Positions 11,489 through 22,683 are shown, counted from the first letter of the stretch. The stretch: 64,000 nt of DNA from Methanobacteriota archaeon (GCA_020697715.1 JAEHCO010000005.1:32001-96000), one strand, 5' to 3'. Translations and numbers: made by a program. Notes: generated from the sequence alone by a model not told the origin.

Positions 11489-12118
11489 TTAATTCTTTTC
11501 AAAATAGGTCTCGATTATCTTTTTCTGGCCGCGCCTCAATATCTCCGATAGGGTGGCAGTAGATACTTCAAACATATCTGCCAATTCCTTCACGCCAATG
11601 CGCTTTGGGAAGTCATAATAGCCACGATCATAAGCAGTCCTGACTATCTTTTCTTGGCGTTCTGTAAGAAGGTCATCATCTTTGATACTGGTAAGTTTTA
11701 TCAGCTTTGGCTCGGCATCATGCTTGTCCAGCTCGGCAACGAGGTTTTTCAATTTCTCCCTGTCACCAGCCAACATCGTCCATTCGACCCGATCGTCCTG
11801 GGTCGTGACCGATGAGATGAGGAAACAATCGCATTGTAAAAGAGCCTTGCAACCATAGCACATCTTTGTCTTGACAATACCCAGTGCCTTACTGGAGTCC
11901 ACATGGTCGATGTTCACCCCTTCCACTTCATCTATACCCTCAATGAATTTCTTTATCTCATCAATATCAGAACCATTAAGCTTGATCTCCACAAGATCCT
12001 GGACACCGTCTTTTCCAAATGGAATGATATCCAATATTCTGATCTCGACTGGAAATCTCTTGACAACCTCTGTGTGCCATATCCCATATAGTTTAATTGA
12101 AAGAACTGCTTCGATCAT
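11489..12118 (-). CDS. Bat/HTH_10-type transcriptional regulator
   Basis: C-terminal LTERQEKIVRTAYDRGYYDFPKRIGVKELADMFEVSTATLSEILRR. Confidence 0.88.
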   Translation of the reverse strand: MIEAVLSIKLYGIWHTEVVKRFPVEIRILDIIPFGKDGVQDLVEIKLNGSDIDEIKKFIEGIDEVEGVNIDHVDSSKALGIVKTKMCYGCKALLQCDCFLISSVTTQDDRVEWTMLAGDREKLKNLVAELDKHDAEPKLIKLTSIKDDDLLTERQEKIVRTAYDRGYYDFPKRIGVKELADMFEVSTATLSEILRRGQKKIIETYFEKN

Positions 12119-12272
12119 GTTTCTCACTTACTCCCTGCGGCTCAAAAGGTAATCATTATATATAATCCTTAACTATAACATTATTAGAGACCGGCATATC
12201 TCATGCAATCGAAAGGGTTAATAACAAAATGCAATTATACCCGGAGATATCCTTCAATTGGTGGGACCATTC

Positions 12273-13136
12273 ATGCAGAAGAAAAATCGTTCTGAACAAG
12301 ACAGCGCGGAAGAAAAGTATAGCAGCCTAGTGGAAAAAAGGAATGAACTTAATACCCAGGCTAGAGAATTCGCTGAATCTCGAAATACTTTGAATGCAGA
12401 GCGAAGACGTATATTGGATGAGTCCAAGGAATTAAGGGACGAGCGCAAGAAATATGTTGACCTGATGCGCAAGCATAAGAAAAGAAGGAACCAGTTCCAG
12501 GACAAGGGAAAGGCACTTATTGAAAAGAAGAAGAAAAGTAAAGGCAAGCTCCCAGAAGGCCTGAACAAGGAGATCGCAACCACAAGAGCGGATGTGAAGA
12601 GCCTGGAACACAAGCAACAGACAGTACCCATGACGGTTCAGGAGGAGAACATTCTTCTAGACGAGATGAAGGTCAAAATGAAGAGCCTCAAAGACCTTGA
12701 GGTCGTCAAAGAGGAGGAAGATGCGATCATGGATGATGTCAAAAAGACAGATCTTTCGATCAATGAACTTTTTGAACTGGCTGATGAGGAGCATAAGAAA
12801 GTTGTCGAATACTCCAACAAGGCCAATGAGATCCATGAGAAGATCAGCACCTCGATGAAATCAATTTCACACCTTATTGCAGAAGCCAACAAGAATCACG
12901 AAGCATACGTGGTCATGAAGGAAAAAGCAGATGGTTACCATCAGAAGGCCATGGAAATGCGCAAGAAGCTCATGGCCATCAAAAATGAGAAGAGAGAGGA
13001 AGTAAGAGAGGGAAGGAAACAGGTAACAGACCACAATAAGGATGTGAAGAAACACCTTGGCAGTGAAGATGATCTAGAAAAAGCAGCCGACGATGCCCTA
13101 CAGCAGCTCCTCAAGAAAGGCAAGGTAGAGATTTAA
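12273..13136 (+). CDS. Conserved archaeal long coiled-coil protein
   Basis: Heptad-rich K/E sequence, KRNELN...QQT...EE...H repeats. Stop overlaps the next start (TAATG). Confidence 0.7.
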   Translation: MQKKNRSEQDSAEEKYSSLVEKRNELNTQAREFAESRNTLNAERRRILDESKELRDERKKYVDLMRKHKKRRNQFQDKGKALIEKKKKSKGKLPEGLNKEIATTRADVKSLEHKQQTVPMTVQEENILLDEMKVKMKSLKDLEVVKEEEDAIMDDVKKTDLSINELFELADEEHKKVVEYSNKANEIHEKISTSMKSISHLIAEANKNHEAYVVMKEKADGYHQKAMEMRKKLMAIKNEKREEVREGRKQVTDHNKDVKKHLGSEDDLEKAADDALQQLLKKGKVEI

Positions 13137-14254
13137 TGTCAGATAACCTCAAGGCCGTCATTCTCGCAGGCGGTATTGGTAAACGCCTGAGGCCATTGAC
13201 CGAACATAGGCCAAAACCATTGATACCTGTTGCTGGTAGGCCATGTATTGATTTTGTTATAAGATCCCTGGTGAGTGGGGGATTCAAAGAAATAATTGTA
13301 ACAACTGGCTATCTATCAGATAGACTTATAAAAAGTATCGGAGATGGTTCCAAGTATGGTGCCACCATCCTATATTCCTTCGAGGAGGAGCCTGCTGGAA
13401 CTGCAGGTGCGATCAAGAAAGTGGCTGATTTTTTAGACGATACATTTGTTGTCGCAAGCGGTGATCTACTGGCTGACATAGACATCGGCCAGCTTCTGAA
13501 ATATCATAAGGACAAGGAAGCGATGGCGACCATGGCCCTGACAAAGGTCAGCGATCCCACGGATTTCGGAATTGTGGGAATGAACAAGTCCAATAAGATA
13601 ATCAAATTCGCAGAGAAGCCGAAGAAAAAAGAGGTCTTCTCCAATCTTATCAATGCAGGTATATATGTGCTTGAACCAGAAGTACTGGATCTGATACCTG
13701 AAAATACCATGTATGATTTCTCCAAACAGGTCTTCCCCGAGATCCTGGAAAAGGATATGAAGCTATATGGGAAGATGATAAAAGGCATCTGGAGAGATAT
13801 AGGAAAGCCCATTGACCTTCTACAAGCCAGCCTGGATGTTGTTGAAAGAGAAGGAGCGAAGGTCAAGCTGGAGAAAGTGAAGACAAAGGGCAATATCATT
13901 ATTGGAAAGAACACGGCCATAGAGAAGGGCGTGAGGATCATCGGGCCTGCTTACATCGGGGATGATGTCTACGTTAGCTCTGGAACCGTCATAGACAAGT
14001 CATGTATCTATGATAGCGTGTTCATCGATCGAGACACGAGCATCAAGAACAGTATAATTCTGGATGGCAGTAAGATAGGTTGGCAGAGCACGATTGATGA
14101 AAGTGTCATATCCAGAGATTGCCAGATTGAAGAGGACGTGACCATTATCAAGAGCATTATCGGGGACAAGATGACGGTGAAGATACACTCTAAATTGGAG
14201 GATGCGAACCTCACCCAGCCTCCGGAGAACAATAATGGCAATAATAACCGCTAA
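13136..14254 (+). CDS. Sugar-phosphate nucleotidyltransferase (mannose-1-P guanylyltransferase-like) with left-handed beta-helix tail
   Basis: AVILAGGIGKRLRPLT..RPKPL, GTAGA, EKP, INAGIY, WRDIG, hexapeptide repeats. Confidence 0.9.
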   Translation: MSDNLKAVILAGGIGKRLRPLTEHRPKPLIPVAGRPCIDFVIRSLVSGGFKEIIVTTGYLSDRLIKSIGDGSKYGATILYSFEEEPAGTAGAIKKVADFLDDTFVVASGDLLADIDIGQLLKYHKDKEAMATMALTKVSDPTDFGIVGMNKSNKIIKFAEKPKKKEVFSNLINAGIYVLEPEVLDLIPENTMYDFSKQVFPEILEKDMKLYGKMIKGIWRDIGKPIDLLQASLDVVEREGAKVKLEKVKTKGNIIIGKNTAIEKGVRIIGPAYIGDDVYVSSGTVIDKSCIYDSVFIDRDTSIKNSIILDGSKIGWQSTIDESVISRDCQIEEDVTIIKSIIGDKMTVKIHSKLEDANLTQPPENNNGNNNR

Positions 14255-14311
14255 TGTTCTCGTAATTTAGGAGATTATTAATATTTGCACAATCATTATC
14301 AAATTGATATT

Positions 14312-14785
14312 ATGAGTGCGAAGATCAAGATCAAACACAGAAAATCAGGAAATATAGCGTATATGGAACACAAGGGGCCATATGACTCCATTCCTTTTGA
14401 CAAGTATTACACTGACCTTTATTCCTGGGCGAAAGAAAATAAGGCCAGGCCAGGTTTCAAGCCCATGGCCATATACATGAGCAATCCTAATGAAACACCA
14501 AAAGATGAGCTCGTGACCCTTATTGCCATTCCTATCGGCATAACGATCGAATCAAAAGGAGATGTGAAAACGAAAAACCTGCCCGAAATGGATGTGGCCG
14601 TGTTCAAACACGCCGCACCTGCCGAGGAATACGAGAATTCTTATACGGACCTTGCCAAATGGATCGAGGATAATGGCTTCGAGGTCACGGATCCCCTAAT
14701 GGAGATATATGGTAAGAAACCGAAAGTGAAGAATGGCAAGACCATCATATTCAGTGATATCCAGTTCCCGGTCAAGAAAAAATAA
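14312..14785 (+). CDS. GyrI-like small-molecule-binding protein
   Basis: HKGPYD..Y..LYSW and Y..LAKWIEDNG...MEIY; two-fold internal repeat. Confidence 0.8.
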   Translation: MSAKIKIKHRKSGNIAYMEHKGPYDSIPFDKYYTDLYSWAKENKARPGFKPMAIYMSNPNETPKDELVTLIAIPIGITIESKGDVKTKNLPEMDVAVFKHAAPAEEYENSYTDLAKWIEDNGFEVTDPLMEIYGKKPKVKNGKTIIFSDIQFPVKKK

Positions 14786-15356
14786 TAGATACTTCAGTTC
14801 CGGCAGTGATATTATTTTCAGCAGCCAGGCCGTAGTTCATTTCCAGCACGTACAATGCCGAGCCTTCACTGAGATATCTAATAAGAAGGTCATCCGGAGT
14901 GCTGGTATTCTCCACAATGGCCTCTTCCACATTTAGGACCTTCAAATCCTCACCTATGAACACGATATCCAAAGGTATTTCGACATTCTTCATCCAGAAT
15001 GTCTTGGGGGCTGGCTCATCAAAGATGAATAACATACCCCGATCCAGAGAAAGGTTTGTCACATACATCAAACCTTGTTGTCTTTCCTCATCCGTGCTGG
15101 CTATATCGCAGAATATCGTCAGATTATCATTTGTGCCAGCCATGCCATCGCTGGCATTTCCAGATGTGTTCGGATAAAGAATTACCGATGCCTCATAGTC
15201 AATGTCATCGTCGATCGTCTCGTCATCCGTGCCATCATTTTCATTGTCATCGTCATCATCAGGCTTGAGATCCACATAGAGCAGGGCTGAGACCACCAAT
15301 ATCGAGATGATGGCCATGGTCAATATGATGATGATATTATTTTTGGACAATCTCAC
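14772..15356 (-). CDS. DUF192 family membrane-anchored protein
   Basis: N-terminal TM, acidic linker, ERQQGLMY, GMLFIF, FWMKNVEIPLDIVFI, YVLEMN. Confidence 0.88.
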   Translation of the reverse strand: MRLSKNNIIIILTMAIISILVVSALLYVDLKPDDDDDNENDGTDDETIDDDIDYEASVILYPNTSGNASDGMAGTNDNLTIFCDIASTDEERQQGLMYVTNLSLDRGMLFIFDEPAPKTFWMKNVEIPLDIVFIGEDLKVLNVEEAIVENTSTPDDLLIRYLSEGSALYVLEMNYGLAAENNITAGTEVSIIFS

Positions 15357-15474
15357 ACCAGATGATACATGAAGTTCAGTATATTTTAAACTTCATATTG
15401 TGTATGAGCTGACCAGCCAGCCATCTAGAACATCCACCAGTAATTATATAACCCCAGTGGCTGATTATGTACTG

Positions 15475-16230
15475 ATGAGCGAATGGGATGCAGAGATTCT
15501 GATCATTGTCATATGTTTCACATTAGCATTCTTAGCCCATAGGAAGTCCATACTTACAAAAAATGGGTCCATTGGAGCTTTTTTCGTCGGTATCATCATA
15601 GGCATCATGGGACATATCACGTGGGTCATCCTTCTTCTGATATTCTTCCTCACCAGCTTCCTTGCCACCAAATATAAATTTGAATACAAGAAAGCGAAGG
15701 GATTACAGGAAGGAAAGGGCGGCGAGAGAGGACTGAAGAACGTACTGGCGAATGGAGCTGTGCCAGTCCTTATCGCGATATTGAGCTTCATATCCGAACA
15801 CTATTCATACCTGGATAAAGGAACGTGGTCGATAATATTCATCTCATCTATAGCAGTCGCTGCCTCTGACACACTGGCCAGTGAATTGGGCGTGATATCC
15901 GATAAAGTTTATCTCATCACCAATGGAAAGAAAGTGAAGGCAGGAATAGATGGCGGTATCTCATTGCTTGGGCAAACGGCCGCCTTCATTGCAGCTTCCT
16001 ACACCGCTGTCCTGGGATATCTGGCATTCTATTATTTCGATATGATAGACCAGAGTTGGTATGTCGTCATACCCCTGGTCACTTTCATCGGCTTCATGGG
16101 ATGTCAGGTCGATAGTGTCTTCGGGGCCACTCTTGAGACAAAAGGAATACTTACAAAATTAACAAATAATCTGTCGTCAATAGCAGTTGGCGCGATAATA
16201 GCATGGTGGATACTGACATGGCTCGTATGA
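15475..16230 (+). CDS. DUF92/TMEM19 family membrane protein
   Basis: RGLKNVLANG, SDTLASELG, GIDGGISLLG, DSVFGATLE. Confidence 0.88.
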   Translation: MSEWDAEILIIVICFTLAFLAHRKSILTKNGSIGAFFVGIIIGIMGHITWVILLLIFFLTSFLATKYKFEYKKAKGLQEGKGGERGLKNVLANGAVPVLIAILSFISEHYSYLDKGTWSIIFISSIAVAASDTLASELGVISDKVYLITNGKKVKAGIDGGISLLGQTAAFIAASYTAVLGYLAFYYFDMIDQSWYVVIPLVTFIGFMGCQVDSVFGATLETKGILTKLTNNLSSIAVGAIIAWWILTWLV

Positions 16231-17447
16231 AGATACTGATTATCATATGTGATGGAATGGCGGATAGACCGTCTTATGAATTGAAGGGTAAGACCCCGAT
16301 GGAAGCCGCCTCAACACCCGCGATGGACAAGCTGGCTAAGCTTGGTTCCAATGGCCTGATGGACCCGATAGGCAAGGGCATAGTTCCTGGAAGCGACACT
16401 GCCCATCTTTCACTTTTTGGCTACGACCCATACAAATATTATTGCGGAAGAGGAACTCTCGAAGCCGCTGGCCTCGGCATATACATGAAAAAAGGTGATG
16501 TGGCCTTCAGATGCAATTTCGCGACATCGGATAGCGATCTGCGGATACTCGACCGCAGAGCGGGCAGAATTGCCTTCGGAACTGAAGAACTGGCCGAAGC
16601 GATCAATGGACTTGAGATCGATGGCGTGAAGGTGATATTCAAGGACGCTGTCGAGCATCGTTCCGTCATGGTGCTTCGAGGTCCTGGCCTGAGCTCCAAG
16701 GTCTCGGAGGTCGATCCACATAATGAAGGCGAGATCGCCTGGAAATCCGTAGCAACGGAACCTGGAGCGGAGAAGACTGCCGATATCCTGAATAAATTTA
16801 CCAGAATGTCATTTGATATTCTGCATAAACATCCGATCAATATCGCGAGAAAAGAAGAGGGATTGCTTCCCGCGAACATCATACTGGCCAGAGGACCGGG
16901 GGATGTGCCGGACATACCGACCTTCAAAGAAGTGCATGGGATGAAGGCCTCGGCCATAGTCGGGATCACCCTTGTCAAAGGATTATGCCGCATACTTGGA
17001 ATGGAAGTGCCCGAGATAGAGGGCGCGACCGGAGGCGCGGACACCAGCCTGGAGAATAAGACCCAGGCTGTTCTGCAAGCTCTGAAGGATCATGATCTCG
17101 TGCTGTGGCATATCAAGGGAACTGACGTCTTCGGGCATGATGGTGATGCTGTTGGCAAAAAAGAGTTCATCGAGAAGATCGATGCCAGCCTGGCTGGCCT
17201 GGTGGATAAGCTGGGCGATGATGTGATGATCGCCATAACCGCCGACCACTCCACCCCAACCTCGGTGAAGGACCATGCTTCCGATCCAGTGCCCTTGCTC
17301 ATATACGGCAAGGGATTGAGAGCGGACAAGTGCCAGGTATTCAATGAGCATGAGGTTTCCAATGGCTCATTGGGGATCATCAATGGTCTGGAGCTTATGC
17401 AGATATTGAAAGGATTGGGCGGTTGGAACGATAAATTCGGCGCTTAA
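16227..17447 (+). CDS. apgM: 2,3-bisphosphoglycerate-independent phosphoglycerate mutase (archaeal)
   Basis: DGMADRP, PGSDTAHLSLFGYDP, KGTDVFGHDG, TADHSTP, KFGA C-terminus. Confidence 0.93.
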   Translation: MKILIIICDGMADRPSYELKGKTPMEAASTPAMDKLAKLGSNGLMDPIGKGIVPGSDTAHLSLFGYDPYKYYCGRGTLEAAGLGIYMKKGDVAFRCNFATSDSDLRILDRRAGRIAFGTEELAEAINGLEIDGVKVIFKDAVEHRSVMVLRGPGLSSKVSEVDPHNEGEIAWKSVATEPGAEKTADILNKFTRMSFDILHKHPINIARKEEGLLPANIILARGPGDVPDIPTFKEVHGMKASAIVGITLVKGLCRILGMEVPEIEGATGGADTSLENKTQAVLQALKDHDLVLWHIKGTDVFGHDGDAVGKKEFIEKIDASLAGLVDKLGDDVMIAITADHSTPTSVKDHASDPVPLLIYGKGLRADKCQVFNEHEVSNGSLGIINGLELMQILKGLGGWNDKFGA

Positions 17448-17511
17448 ACCTGCTTTTATACCTATCCATCCCTCCTATCTACCTTATATATAATATCGAT
17501 AATGGCAGTTC

Positions 17512-18495
17512 GTGAACGCGAAAAGCATACCAACTGTACTATCGGCAGACGAGATACTGGAAAAAGCCTTCAAGAGAGCGGATAAGATCCAGGTCTGGAA
17601 CGCGGGTAACCGCAATAAGACCCGGTCGGACTCTGGCTCCAAATTGAATTCATTCGGACACACGATATCGAGCAAACTTCGAATGTATGTGAGGAAATTC
17701 CCCAGCCTGGATCAGCTTCACCCCTTCTATTATTCACTTATCGACCTCAAGGTCAATAATGACAAACTAAGGCACTCATTGGGCGCGATCCAGTGGGCGG
17801 CCAATACCACGGATCTGATACTCAAAGAGAACGAAAAAAAGCTCAAAGGGACTGAGGGCAAGAAGGATATGGAAAAAGTGAGAAAATCCGCTTATGGCAG
17901 GATTTCTTCCGTGGTCAAGAAAGTGGAAAAAGACCTTGTCCTGCTTCAGGAAACAAGAGAGTTCATGAAGTCCCTGCCCGAGATAAATGTCGACGAGCCA
18001 GTCACTGTCATCGCCGGCGCTCCGAATGTCGGAAAGTCAGCGGTCATGACAAGGCTGACAGCGGCCACACCCAAGATAGCTTCCTACCCTTTCACCACCC
18101 AGAACATCAGCATCGGGCATATGGACCTGGAAGATGAGAGATTCCAGATCATGGACACTCCAGGATTGCTGGACAGACCTCTTGAGGAAAGGAATGACAT
18201 CGAGAGGCACGCGATATTGGCGATAGAACATATTGCCAGTATCATTGTTTTCATCCTCGACCCATCAGAATCTTGCGGCTATGTGATGGAAAAGCAGGAG
18301 AACCTACGAGCGACCATAATCAAGTCCTTCCCGCAAGCGAAGGTCATCACGATCACCAACAAATCCGATATGGCGACCATGGACGAGTATCTGGCCGTGT
18401 CCGCCCTGCACGACAAGGGATTTGAAGAACTGGAAAAACTTCTTTACAAGGAGCTGGATGCGATACCACCAGCACCTTATTATGGGCCGGATTGA
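17512..18495 (+). CDS. NOG1-family GTPase
   Basis: FPSLDQLHPFY, GAPNVGKS, YPFTT, DTPGLLDRP, NKSD. Confidence 0.93.
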   Translation: MNAKSIPTVLSADEILEKAFKRADKIQVWNAGNRNKTRSDSGSKLNSFGHTISSKLRMYVRKFPSLDQLHPFYYSLIDLKVNNDKLRHSLGAIQWAANTTDLILKENEKKLKGTEGKKDMEKVRKSAYGRISSVVKKVEKDLVLLQETREFMKSLPEINVDEPVTVIAGAPNVGKSAVMTRLTAATPKIASYPFTTQNISIGHMDLEDERFQIMDTPGLLDRPLEERNDIERHAILAIEHIASIIVFILDPSESCGYVMEKQENLRATIIKSFPQAKVITITNKSDMATMDEYLAVSALHDKGFEELEKLLYKELDAIPPAPYYGPD

Positions 18496-18509
18496 GTTCA
18501 TCAATTAAC

Positions 18510-21260
18510 TCAATCCCAGAACCTCTTCGTTCTCGCATATTTGACTTCCGAATTGAGGATGGCTGCTAAGAAATCATCCTCATCCTGATACGACCTCTGG
18601 AGTATCAAGGCCGCATTGCCTGGCCCCACACCCCGGGCGGCCAGGCAGAGCGCGGCTCTTTGTCCATGATTGCTCATCAAGGAGGCTGTTTTCATCATGT
18701 TCTTTATTTCTTTCTTCTCGGCAGGTGTGGGATTCTTTTTCTTTAGTAATTTGAGATTGTCCATCTGATGCCTTCTGATGGTGGCGACCATCACTCCTCC
18801 GCATCTCTCACAGGATACACGATCCGGGATGGATGCCACGGATCGTATGGTCTTGCTATTGCAGTTCATGCACACCTGCACCATGCGTTCCTTTTCCAAT
18901 CGTTTTTTGAGGGCCATGAGGATCGCGTGAGTTGGACGTGCTGGCATCATCATGTCCATCCTCTGCTCGATACCCTCCTTGCCGATAGGAGAAAGAGCCG
19001 ATCTCTCCAGAGCTATTTCCCCGCTCTGGATCTTTTCAATTATTTGAGTGGCCAGTGGTATGTTGAGGTTCTCGTACACCGTCTTATTAACGGATTCTTT
19101 CATGATGGAGGTTCCAGCATAGGTTCCCATTATCCTCTCGATGTTCAAACTGCGATAATCCGCATCTTTTCGAATAGCTCCGAACTTCTTGGCCACATAG
19201 ACGAACTTCCACCTGAGATAAGCCGTGTTCCTCAGATATAGTTTCAGAATGTCATTCACGGTGACTGGGTCGGTCTTTCTGAATATGTCCTCCACTATGT
19301 CGATATTGATCATTCTGGGCAGCAGGAGCATGATCCTGTAAGGGTCGGTTCGAACTGCCACGGATTCGCCCAATCTGGCCATCAGTAAAGCTGAGACCAG
19401 CTTTCCCAGGGTCTCATTGACCTTGGTCCCGAAGCAGGCATTGATGACGATGGTACGATCCGATGTCTCGATGGTCATTAATTTATCAGTGGGCATCAGG
19501 CATTTCGCCCTCTGTCCAGCCAGAAATTCCTGAGCCTTGTCCCTGGCATTCGCCCTTGCGGGATAATCATCATAATTCTCCCTTTCTCTAAGTCGGCCAA
19601 CTTCCTGGGCAATGGCATAGGGTATTGGAATGTCCTCCCCAGACCAGGATGGAACGGTTCCCAGGCCCAGAGAAGGCTCGACCAATATCGTGTCTTCTTC
19701 AAGTGACACGATGTTCCAGGGTCTTCCCCTGACAATGAGGGAAGCGGTTGGCTCGGCATAGGCGACGACAAAGCTCTCGTCCAGCTTGCCGATAGGCTTC
19801 CGGGTTGTGATATCGACAACTCGGAACGTTCTCTCATCGGGTATCATGGAAACATTATCGAAAAAGTGAAGTCGCGATCTCTTGTTCCTTCTGAACTCAT
19901 CATCTTCCACCCTGATGACCCTGATCTCTCCGAGTTGCTCGACAACTCGGTCATATTCCTCCCTATCCAGTGTCTGGAATGGATAGGCCCTTGTCACGAT
20001 CTTGAAGAACTCCTCGATATTCTCATCGCCAACCTGCATCGCGTGAGCGATCACCTGATTCGCCAGGACCACCAGCGGGTTCTTTCTGATATCGGTTTGT
20101 TCCAGCTCGCCAGCCAATGCTCTGCGAGCGACCACCAAGGATTCGAGTATGTCATCAGGCGTGTCGGTGACTATCACTCCTTTTGACAATTGGCCTATCT
20201 TGTGGCCAGATCGTCCCAGCCTCTGGACAAGTCTGGAAACCTCCCTTGGAGAATTGTATTGAATTGTAAAATCAGCCGATCCAACATCTATACCCAGCTC
20301 CAGAGAAGAGGTGCATATTAGAGCATCCAGCATCTGGCTTTTGAATTCATCCTCCATCTGGATCCGAATATCCTTGGAAAGCGAGCCGTGATGAACCCCG
20401 ACAGGATGATCGGGATCTATAAGATGAAAGCGAGCACCCAGTATTTCCGCAGAATCCCTCGTATTGACAAATAGTAAAGTAGAATTATGAGCCTTTATCT
20501 GCTCCGAGCAGAAGCGAAGGCGAGCGGCTGTGTCCTCATCCGAATGGATGGTGTCAGCCAATAGAACATCTCCCTTTTCAGGAACGGGAGATGAGACTTT
20601 CACCGACATCCGCTTGTCCCTGGCGACATTGACTATCTCTATCGGGCTGCTGCTACCTCGGAGGAACCTGGCCACCTCCTCCGGTGTGCCGACAGTCGCT
20701 GAAAGTCCAATTCGCTGAAAATCATGATCGGCCAGCACCCTCAGTCTTTCCAAACCGATGGACAGCTGAGCCCCCCTCTCGTCCTGTGCCAGCTCATGTA
20801 TCTCGTCCACAATGACGTGCTTGACATTCTTCAGGATGTTCTTCAATCGAGAGCCAGTCATCATTATCTGAAAGGTCTCCGGGGTCGTGATCAATATCTG
20901 GGGAGGCTTCAATACCTGTTTCCTGCGATCGTTCTGGGTCGTGTCCCCGTGCCTCACGCTCACAGTTATTCCCAGTCTTTCCCCGAACCAGGTCATTCTC
21001 TTCATCATGTCCCTGTTGAGTGCCCGAAGCGGAGTTATATACAGTGTGTGGAATCCGGCTGGCTCGGTTTCCAATATCTTATGAAATATCGGAAGGATAG
21101 CGGCCTCGGTCTTCCCAATGCCTGTGGGTGCGACAAGTAGAACATTCTTTCCTTCAAGTGAAACTGGAATGACCTGCGCCTGTGCATCGGTCGGGCGTGA
21201 AATACCCAGCTCCTTCATCGCATCCCTTATCCTGGGATCCAAAAGACTGAACTCGTTCAT
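18510..21260 (-). CDS. lhr: Lhr-like ATP-dependent DEAD/H helicase
   Basis: APTGIGKT, PLRALNRD, DEIHE, LSAT, HHGSLS, TSSLELGIDVG, QRLGRSGH, C-terminal Zn finger. Confidence 0.93.
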   Translation of the reverse strand: MNEFSLLDPRIRDAMKELGISRPTDAQAQVIPVSLEGKNVLLVAPTGIGKTEAAILPIFHKILETEPAGFHTLYITPLRALNRDMMKRMTWFGERLGITVSVRHGDTTQNDRRKQVLKPPQILITTPETFQIMMTGSRLKNILKNVKHVIVDEIHELAQDERGAQLSIGLERLRVLADHDFQRIGLSATVGTPEEVARFLRGSSSPIEIVNVARDKRMSVKVSSPVPEKGDVLLADTIHSDEDTAARLRFCSEQIKAHNSTLLFVNTRDSAEILGARFHLIDPDHPVGVHHGSLSKDIRIQMEDEFKSQMLDALICTSSLELGIDVGSADFTIQYNSPREVSRLVQRLGRSGHKIGQLSKGVIVTDTPDDILESLVVARRALAGELEQTDIRKNPLVVLANQVIAHAMQVGDENIEEFFKIVTRAYPFQTLDREEYDRVVEQLGEIRVIRVEDDEFRRNKRSRLHFFDNVSMIPDERTFRVVDITTRKPIGKLDESFVVAYAEPTASLIVRGRPWNIVSLEEDTILVEPSLGLGTVPSWSGEDIPIPYAIAQEVGRLRERENYDDYPARANARDKAQEFLAGQRAKCLMPTDKLMTIETSDRTIVINACFGTKVNETLGKLVSALLMARLGESVAVRTDPYRIMLLLPRMINIDIVEDIFRKTDPVTVNDILKLYLRNTAYLRWKFVYVAKKFGAIRKDADYRSLNIERIMGTYAGTSIMKESVNKTVYENLNIPLATQIIEKIQSGEIALERSALSPIGKEGIEQRMDMMMPARPTHAILMALKKRLEKERMVQVCMNCNSKTIRSVASIPDRVSCERCGGVMVATIRRHQMDNLKLLKKKNPTPAEKKEIKNMMKTASLMSNHGQRAALCLAARGVGPGNAALILQRSYQDEDDFLAAILNSEVKYARTKRFWD

Positions 21261-21413
21261 TGTATTGACTATATAGTAGGAATATAGAATATAAAACTAA
21301 TGAGGGGGGATGGGTGAAAGTGATCGAACGCAAATTCAGATACGATAATAAAATATCACAAACTTGTAACCGAAAGCATTAATATTGCGATTTTTATGCA
21401 GATACCACTACGG

Positions 21414-21487
21414 GGGCCCGTAGCTTAGTCTGGTGGAGCGTCTGGCTCATAACCAGATGGCCGCCGGTTCAAATCCGGTCGGGCCCA
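21414..21487 (+). tRNA. tRNA with CAT anticodon, most likely tRNA-Ile2 (agmatidine-modified); CCA not encoded
   Basis: Cloverleaf: acceptor GGGCCCG/CGGGCCC plus A73, anticodon arm TCTGG-CTCATAA-CCAGA, T-arm GGTTCAAATCC. The GGGCCC acceptor is typical of archaeal Ile2 rather than Met tRNAs. Confidence 0.9.
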
Positions 21488-21610
21488 CTATTTCTTTACT
21501 TAAGAATTTCCTTATGGTAAGGTAATGATTTCAAGGGCATAATTGCTTTGGAAACAAATGATATCAATCTCAAATAGATAGAAATAACATGATACCATTA
21601 ATCATCCAAC

Positions 21611-22663
21611 ATGGAACATCTTGAGGATGAATTCAGCCTTCGGCTCCTTCGCCACCTGGTTTCAGGAGAGGGTGTGGATGTCAATATCAATGCTCTTGCC
21701 AAAAGACTCGGTATACACCGTACCACCGCAAAGAACAAGGTCAAGGCATTGATAGATCAAAAGATTCTGGATTACCCCAAATATCCATTCATCCATCTTT
21801 TTCAGGAGTATCCTTTACTCGTGCTTGCCTGGGCGGATATCCCGCGGATATCCCAAGCCAGGTCATTCTTTGAAGAGGATCTGAATATCTTTGCGGCATT
21901 TCCCTGCATGGAAGGTCCTTACAATACTCTTTTAATAGAATTCTTCGAGGATATGGAATCCTATCATTCATGGCGTGAGACTATAGTAAAAGATCAAAAA
22001 TTACCCCGGCGAGAGAATCGTACAGCTGCCGAGGTCTATATGTTTAGCAATAAGCTTGAATTCAAGTACGACCCAGCATGCTTCCTTAACAATATGCGGA
22101 GCGAATTCAAATCAAACAAGAAAATGATGATCGGTGACCATAAGCTGGATAAAACAGATTTCAGGATATTTGAATTACTCCTGAGCGGAGAATATATCCA
22201 TGTGAACGAAACATATCTGGCTAATAAATTAGGGACCAATAGAAAAAAGATAGGTCGTCGAATAGAGAAATTATTGAAAGATAACATTGTCGCTCCTGCA
22301 CGGTGCTATTTTCCAGATCTCCTCGCCCCTCCTAAATATAATATGATAATATCAATGATAGAATTGAAGTCGAATAGAAGTGAGATCAAGAAGTTCATTC
22401 TTGCAGATAATAATATCCCGAGGGCACTTGAAAGCAGTATTGGCAGGTATAATATTCTTCTATTCTCTGCATTCCCTGCTATTGATGAATTCTTTGAATG
22501 GGGGGATAGATTGATAAATAAATTCCCAGAGAGCATTGGAGCCATGTCAAATACGATCCTCTCATCTCGAACAATGCACACGATCAATGCTCAGAAGGTG
22601 TCTCTGGGGTTGATAGAAAAGATGTTGCTTGAACTTAGAAGGCAGAAGGCAAGGCAAAAATAG
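21611..22663 (+). CDS. Tandem Lrp/AsnC-like (wHTH + effector domain, x2) transcriptional regulator
   Basis: Two HTH segments (NINALAKRLGIHRTTAKNKV; NETYLANKLGTNRKKIGRRI), each followed by G.YN.LL...F.....F..W. Confidence 0.7.
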   Translation: MEHLEDEFSLRLLRHLVSGEGVDVNINALAKRLGIHRTTAKNKVKALIDQKILDYPKYPFIHLFQEYPLLVLAWADIPRISQARSFFEEDLNIFAAFPCMEGPYNTLLIEFFEDMESYHSWRETIVKDQKLPRRENRTAAEVYMFSNKLEFKYDPACFLNNMRSEFKSNKKMMIGDHKLDKTDFRIFELLLSGEYIHVNETYLANKLGTNRKKIGRRIEKLLKDNIVAPARCYFPDLLAPPKYNMIISMIELKSNRSEIKKFILADNNIPRALESSIGRYNILLFSAFPAIDEFFEWGDRLINKFPESIGAMSNTILSSRTMHTINAQKVSLGLIEKMLLELRRQKARQK

Positions 22664-22683
22664 ACACAACTTTATTATGTTTG

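Noticed and set aside
21414-21487. tRNA-Met call, or an attachment site of an integrated element
   Set aside because: The GGGCCC acceptor stem fits Ile2 rather than initiator or elongator Met. No duplicated tRNA 3' end or integrase was seen in the window.
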